A stretch of DNA of 64,000 bases. Source: Methylophaga sp. 41_12_T18. GTDB lineage: Bacteria; Pseudomonadota; Gammaproteobacteria; Nitrosococcales; Methylophagaceae. Below, one piece after another: positions 59,476 to 64,000 of the stretch. Made by a program: the position numbers and the translations under genes. Position 1 is the stretch's first letter. Every line of letters begins with the position of its first letter. The stretch lies in assembly GCA_002163115.1 (NCBI GenBank), contig MAAI01000035.1:24004-88003 (forward strand). The letters are read 5' to 3'. The notes under the pieces are model-generated. The model saw only the letters and a program-made list of their open reading frames with translations, made no database searches and had not been told where the DNA came from.

Positions 59476-60069
59476 ATGACGGCTCGTACTGCTACGGTAG
59501 CCCGCGATACACTTGAAACTCAGATTAAGGTCAGCTTAAACCTTGATGGCACAGGTAAATTTAGCTCGCAAACAGGCGTACACTTCCTTGATCACATGAT
59601 GGAACAAATTGCTCGCCATGGTTTATTTGATCTCACTGTCGTCGCGAATGGCGACTTACACATTGACGATCACCATACTGTTGAAGATATTGGTATTACT
59701 ATCGGCCAAGCTTTAAAGCAAGCGCTTGGCGATAAAAAAGGCATTATTCGATATGGTCATGCCTATGTTCCTTTAGATGAAGCTTTATCACGTGTCGTGT
59801 TAGATTTATCAGGCCGACCAGGTATTGAGTTTGATGTGACCTTTACCCGTGACAAAATCGGTGAATTTGATGTTGATTTATTCTATGAGTTTTTCCAGGG
59901 TTTAATAAATCACGCCGGCATTACTTTGCATATTGATTCAATCAAAGGTCGTAATGCCCACCACATTGCTGAAACAATATTTAAAGCCTTTGGTCGAGCG
60001 CTCCGTATGGCTGTTGCCTTAGATCAACGCGCCTTAGAACAGCTACCATCTACTAAAGGTGCGTTATAG
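59476..60069 (+). CDS. hisB: Imidazoleglycerol-phosphate dehydratase
   Basis: 197 aa. [37 protein letters not shown]. Confidence 0.96.
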   Translation: MTARTATVARDTLETQIKVSLNLDGTGKFSSQTGVHFLDHMMEQIARHGLFDLTVVANGDLHIDDHHTVEDIGITIGQALKQALGDKKGIIRYGHAYVPLDEALSRVVLDLSGRPGIEFDVTFTRDKIGEFDVDLFYEFFQGLINHAGITLHIDSIKGRNAHHIAETIFKAFGRALRMAVALDQRALEQLPSTKGAL

Positions 60070-60132
60070 TCCGTATCTTATTCACGTATCTTTACGTAAA
60101 ATGAACCCTTTATTCGTACACACAGGTTATTT

Positions 60133-60777
60133 ATGCAACGCGTAGCAGTAATTGATTATGGCATGGGCAATTTACGCTCAGTTTCCAAAGCACTTGAAAG
60201 TGTTGCTGGAAATAATACGTCTATTGAGGTCACTGCCGATCCTGCTAAAATTTTAGCGGCAAGTCATGTTGTTTTTCCAGGTGTAGGTGCAATTCGTGAC
60301 TGTATTGGCGAATTACAACGACTACAGCTAGATAATGTCATCCGTGAAGTAGCCCAGACCAAACCTTTATTAGGTGTGTGTCTTGGTATGCAAGCTTTGT
60401 TATCACATAGCGAAGAGAATAGCGGTGTTGATAGTTTAGATATTATTCCTGGCGATGTACGCCACTTTGATATTGAACATAGTGCTGATACAGAACGATT
60501 AAAAGTGCCACATATGGGTTGGAATAAAGTTAACCAAACTATTAGCCACCCTTTGTGGAAAGATATTGAACAAGACAGTCGCTTTTACTTTGTCCACAGC
60601 TATTTTGTTAGCCCTAGCGACGAAAAAGTAACAGCAGCTACCACTGACTACCCAAATGATTTTACCTCTGCAATTTATAAAGATAATCTTTTTGCAGTGC
60701 AGTTTCATCCAGAAAAAAGCCAGCACGTCGGCCTACAATTACTTAAAAACTTTTTAACTTGGGACGGCCAGTCCTAA
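60133..60777 (+). CDS. hisH: Imidazole glycerol phosphate synthase, glutaminase subunit
   Basis: 214 aa. VIDYGMGNLRSV, GVCLGMQ, FHPEKS. Confidence 0.96.
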   Translation: MQRVAVIDYGMGNLRSVSKALESVAGNNTSIEVTADPAKILAASHVVFPGVGAIRDCIGELQRLQLDNVIREVAQTKPLLGVCLGMQALLSHSEENSGVDSLDIIPGDVRHFDIEHSADTERLKVPHMGWNKVNQTISHPLWKDIEQDSRFYFVHSYFVSPSDEKVTAATTDYPNDFTSAIYKDNLFAVQFHPEKSQHVGLQLLKNFLTWDGQS

Positions 60778-60803
60778 ATTACTAACGAAATGGAGAAATC
60801 TTT

Positions 60804-61559
60804 ATGTTGTTAATCCCTGCCATTGATCTAAAAGACGGTCACTGTGTTCGTTTGCGTCAGGGACGCATGGAAGATAACACTGTCTTTTCCGAAGATCCCT
60901 TAGCCATTGCAACAAAGTGGGTAGAAGCAGGCGCCAAACGTTTACATATGGTTGACCTAGATGGTGCTTTTGCCGGTAAACCCGTCAATGCTGAAATCAT
61001 TCATCAAATTTGCCAAGAATTCCCTGATCTTGATGTGCAAATTGGTGGTGGTATTCGTGATGAAGAGACGATTCAAACCTACCTTGAAGCGGGTGTTCGA
61101 TATGTCATTATTGGTACTAAAGCAATCAATGCACCTCACTTTGTTGGTGATGTATGTGCCGAGTTCCCTGGCCATATTATTGTTGGCTTAGACGCTAAAG
61201 ATGGCAAAGTGGCTATCGATGGTTGGTCAAAGCTATCTCATCATGATGTCACTGATATTGCTAAGCAATTTGAAAATGATGGTGTTGAAGCCATTATTTA
61301 CACCGATATTAGTCGTGACGGTATGATGCAAGGTGTCAACTTGGAATCTACACGTGATCTAGCACGCGCTATTAATATCCCAGTGATCGCCTCTGGTGGT
61401 GTCACTAACTATGATGATGTTAAAGCCTTGTGCCACTACGAAAGTGAAGGTGTAACGGGAGCTATTGTTGGTCGAGCCATTTATGAAGGCACTATTGATT
61501 TGGCTGAAGGCCAAGCATTAGCTGATCGACTTAACCCTCCTGTAAGCTATGAAATCTAA
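60804..61559 (+). CDS. hisA: ProFAR isomerase
   Basis: 251 aa. [30 protein letters not shown]. Confidence 0.96.
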   Translation: MLLIPAIDLKDGHCVRLRQGRMEDNTVFSEDPLAIATKWVEAGAKRLHMVDLDGAFAGKPVNAEIIHQICQEFPDLDVQIGGGIRDEETIQTYLEAGVRYVIIGTKAINAPHFVGDVCAEFPGHIIVGLDAKDGKVAIDGWSKLSHHDVTDIAKQFENDGVEAIIYTDISRDGMMQGVNLESTRDLARAINIPVIASGGVTNYDDVKALCHYESEGVTGAIVGRAIYEGTIDLAEGQALADRLNPPVSYEI

Positions 61560-61567
61560 GGTTATTC

Positions 61568-62341
61568 ATGTCTCTAGCTAAACGCATTATTCCTTGTCTT
61601 GATGTAGATGATGGGCGCGTTGTAAAAGGTGTCCAGTTTGTTGATATTCGTGATGCTGGCGATCCCATTGAGGTTGCCAAGCGTTACGATCAACAAGGTG
61701 CTGATGAAATCACTTTCTTAGATATCACAGCTACTCATCATGATCGTGACACGATGATTCATGTCGTTGAAGCAGTCGCTAGCCAAGTATTTATCCCACT
61801 TACTGTTGGTGGTGGTATTCGTACTACTGATGATATTCGCCGTATGTTAAATGCCGGTGCCGATAAAGTTGGCATTAATTCAGCAGCAGTAAAAAATCCT
61901 GATTTTGTACGTGAAGCTGCTGAAAAATTTGGTTCTCAATGTATTGTTGTTGCCATTGATGCAAAACGTGTTTCAGTTGAAGGTGAAGCTAATAAATGGG
62001 AAATATTCACTCATGGCGGCCGAACATCTACGGGTTTAGATGCGGTTGAATGGGCGAAAAAAATGGTTACCTATGGCGCTGGTGAAATATTACTTACTAG
62101 TATGGATCGAGATGGCACTAAGTCAGGGTTCGACTTAGACCTTACACGAGCAATTAGTGAAGCCGTTGCAGTGCCTGTTATTGCGTCCGGTGGTGTTGGT
62201 AAATTACAAGATCTCACTGATGGTATCAAATTAGGTAAAGCTGATGCTGTATTAGCAGCTAGTATCTTTCACTTTGGTGAACATACGGTACAAGAAGCTA
62301 AGCAACAAATGGCCAGCCAAGGCATCGAGGTAAGATTGTAA
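61568..62341 (+). CDS. hisF: Imidazole glycerol phosphate synthase, cyclase subunit
   Basis: 257 aa. [32 protein letters not shown]. Confidence 0.97.
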   Translation: MSLAKRIIPCLDVDDGRVVKGVQFVDIRDAGDPIEVAKRYDQQGADEITFLDITATHHDRDTMIHVVEAVASQVFIPLTVGGGIRTTDDIRRMLNAGADKVGINSAAVKNPDFVREAAEKFGSQCIVVAIDAKRVSVEGEANKWEIFTHGGRTSTGLDAVEWAKKMVTYGAGEILLTSMDRDGTKSGFDLDLTRAISEAVAVPVIASGGVGKLQDLTDGIKLGKADAVLAASIFHFGEHTVQEAKQQMASQGIEVRL

Positions 62342-62724
62342 TGTCAGCTTGGTTAGAGCAAGTTAAATGGAATAATGATGGCTTAGCTCCTGTCATTACT
62401 CAAGAATTCACCAGCAAACAAGTACTTACTCTTGCGTGGATGAATAAAGAGTCATTAGCACTCACTGTCGAAACGGGCCATGCTGTATATTGGTCTCGAT
62501 CACGAAAAAAGCTTTGGCACAAGGGTGAGCAGTCCGGCAATCAACAAGTTATAAAATCTATTCGCTTAGATTGTGATAATGATGCCATCTTAATTGAAGT
62601 TGAACAGAAAGGTGGTATAGCCTGCCATACCGGTCGTCATCATTGCTTCTATCAGCAATTACAAGACGGTCAATGGACAACGACTGAATCTGTATTAAAA
62701 GATCCGAAAGAGATGTATAAATGA
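62341..62724 (+). CDS. hisI: Phosphoribosyl-AMP cyclohydrolase
   Basis: 127 aa. [32 protein letters not shown]. Its start shares 1 nt with the hisF stop. Confidence 0.95.
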   Translation: MSAWLEQVKWNNDGLAPVITQEFTSKQVLTLAWMNKESLALTVETGHAVYWSRSRKKLWHKGEQSGNQQVIKSIRLDCDNDAILIEVEQKGGIACHTGRHHCFYQQLQDGQWTTTESVLKDPKEMYK

Positions 62725-63038
62725 GTGACACATTAATTAAATTAGCTGAAGTCTTGGAAACACGTAAAAACGCAGATCCAGATAGTTCTTATGTAGCAAG
62801 TTTATATCATGCTGGCACCGATAAAATTTTAAAAAAACTAGGTGAAGAAGCAATCGAAACAGTGATTGCCGGCAAAGGTGGCGTTCGTGAAGAAATCATT
62901 TATGAAACGGCTGATCTTTGGTTTCATAGCCTCGTTTTATTGTCACATAATGACATTTCACCGCAAGAAATATTAACTGAACTGGAGCGTCGCTTTGGTT
63001 TATCAGGTATTGAAGAAAAAGCGAGTAGGAGTAAATAA
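62721..63038 (+). CDS. hisE: Phosphoribosyl-ATP pyrophosphatase
   Basis: 105 aa. [24 protein letters not shown] and [12 protein letters not shown] overlap with hisI. Confidence 0.93.
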   Translation: MSDTLIKLAEVLETRKNADPDSSYVASLYHAGTDKILKKLGEEAIETVIAGKGGVREEIIYETADLWFHSLVLLSHNDISPQEILTELERRFGLSGIEEKASRSK

Positions 63039-63376
63039 TGACTGATTGTTTATTTTGTAAAATTATTGCTGGGGATATCCCATCAAATAATGTTTATGAA
63101 GATGAACAACTCTATGTCTTTAAGGATATCGATCCTAAAGCACAGGTGCACATTTTGGTTATTCCAAAAATTCATATTGCTAGTCTTGATGATGTCACAA
63201 CGGAGCATCAAGACTTAGTTGCTACTATGATGTTAAAACTACCAGAACTTGCTCGTTTACAAGGTTTAAGTGATGGGTTTAGAACAATAATAAATACAGG
63301 ACCCGGTGGTGGCCAAGAAGTTGGTCATTTACATATGCACATTTTAGGAGGCGAAGACCTCCCAGGCTTTAAATAG
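63038..63376 (+). CDS. HIT-family (HinT-like) nucleotide hydrolase
   Basis: 112 aa. CLFCKII and histidine triad HLHMHILGG. Its start shares 1 nt with the hisE stop. Confidence 0.9.
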   Translation: MTDCLFCKIIAGDIPSNNVYEDEQLYVFKDIDPKAQVHILVIPKIHIASLDDVTTEHQDLVATMMLKLPELARLQGLSDGFRTIINTGPGGGQEVGHLHMHILGGEDLPGFK

Positions 63377-63385
63377 GAGAGAGTT

Positions 63386-63628
63386 ATGGGCTTTGGTGGA
63401 ATTAGTATCTGGCAATTACTTATCGTTTTAGTAATTATCATTTTATTATTTGGTACAAAAAAACTACGTTCACTTGGTGGCGACTTAGGTAGTGCCATAA
63501 AAAACTTCAAACAGTCTATGCAAGAAGGTGAGCAAACAGCCAACTCAGACCAAGAAAATACTATCGTTCACGACGATAATGATAGTTCGAAACACGCTGA
63601 CACTGAAAAAGATAAGCACACGAGTTAA
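63386..63628 (+). CDS. tatA: Twin-arginine translocase subunit TatA
   Basis: 80 aa. [35 protein letters not shown]. Confidence 0.95.
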   Translation: MGFGGISIWQLLIVLVIIILLFGTKKLRSLGGDLGSAIKNFKQSMQEGEQTANSDQENTIVHDDNDSSKHADTEKDKHTS

Positions 63629-63633
63629 TCGCA

Positions 63634-63909
63634 ATGTTTGATATTGGTTTTTGGGAACTATCCCTCATCATCATTGTGGCTTTGGTTGTGGTTGGACCTG
63701 AGCGGCTCCCGAAACTAATTCGCGTGACTGGCTTATGGCTGGGTCGTGCGAATGCATCTATTCAATCTATTCGTAGTGAAATATCACGAGAATTGCGTGC
63801 TGAAGAATTACAGCAAGCATTGAAAAAATCGGTAGAGCTACCTGATCTCAACGAAAATATTTCAGTAAAAGAAACGAAAGATAATAAGGAAAAAGATGGA
63901 AACGGATAA
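63634..63909 (+). CDS. tatB: Twin-arginine translocase subunit TatB (short form)
   Basis: 91 aa. MFDIGFWELSLIIIVALVVVGPERLP. Confidence 0.9.
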   Translation: MFDIGFWELSLIIIVALVVVGPERLPKLIRVTGLWLGRANASIQSIRSEISRELRAEELQQALKKSVELPDLNENISVKETKDNKEKDGNG

Positions 63910-64000
63910 TCAGCACTCGTTGATATCACATTTAATCGAGTTACGTGACCGCTTATTACGAGGTGTACTCGCTATATTAGTGATAGCAGCCATGTTGTTA
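63896..64000 (+). CDS. tatC: Twin-arginine translocase subunit TatC (5' fragment, runs off the window)
   Basis: ATG 63896 gives METDNQHSLISHLIELRDRLLRGVLAILVIAAML, a typical TatC N-terminus. Overlaps tatB by 14 nt. Hand translated. Confidence 0.85.
   Translation, partial: METDNQHSLISHLIELRDRLLRGVLAILVIAAMLL

Overview
64-kb chromosomal segment of an AT-rich gammaproteobacterium. I call about 70 protein genes, 1 tRNA and no rRNA. I found no transposase, integrase, IS or phage gene, no CRISPR array, and no recognisable defence, toxin or secretion system.

Most of the window is conserved housekeeping synteny:
- rpsU-yqeY-dnaG-rpoD-tRNA(CAU), divergent from tsaD
- plsY / folB-folK
- rhodanese-grxC-secB-gpsA, divergent from gpmI-envC-S41 protease
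- metR / metE-mmuM
- recF-gyrB
- rubredoxin / oxyR
- murJ, and ompW-fnr
- hisBHAFIE-HIT-tatABC

A four-gene, tightly overlapping methanopterin/methanofuran cofactor block (45.1-48.3 kb) suggests an H4MPT-dependent C1 or formaldehyde metabolism, so possibly a methylotroph. I cannot identify the taxon.

The accessory stretch runs from about 30.9 to 45 kb. It holds a Fur-box-controlled TonB-receptor/PepSY/AraC iron-uptake island, several small AT-rich orphan membrane proteins, and redox and regulator genes.

The structure least explained by ordinary annotation is an ~80-nt module present twice (30912-30993 and 38357-38438). It consists of a -35 element, a -10 element, an RBS and an ATG-AAA-AGT-CAY start. 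Each copy opens a short Pro-rich leader ORF in front of unrelated orphan genes, and the two copies bracket the iron island.

Other points worth a second look:
- a REC-PAS-PAS-GGDEF-EAL protein carrying a complete C-terminal CZB zinc-sensor motif
- a pseudo-receiver plus receiver tandem protein
- a PilZ protein with a degenerate RxxxR motif
- recF-gyrB detached from dnaA-dnaN

I cannot point to a convincing complete novel multi-gene system. The candidates are flagged with modest scores. All start codons are my choices from the ORF track plus RBS or homology reasoning, with no searches run.
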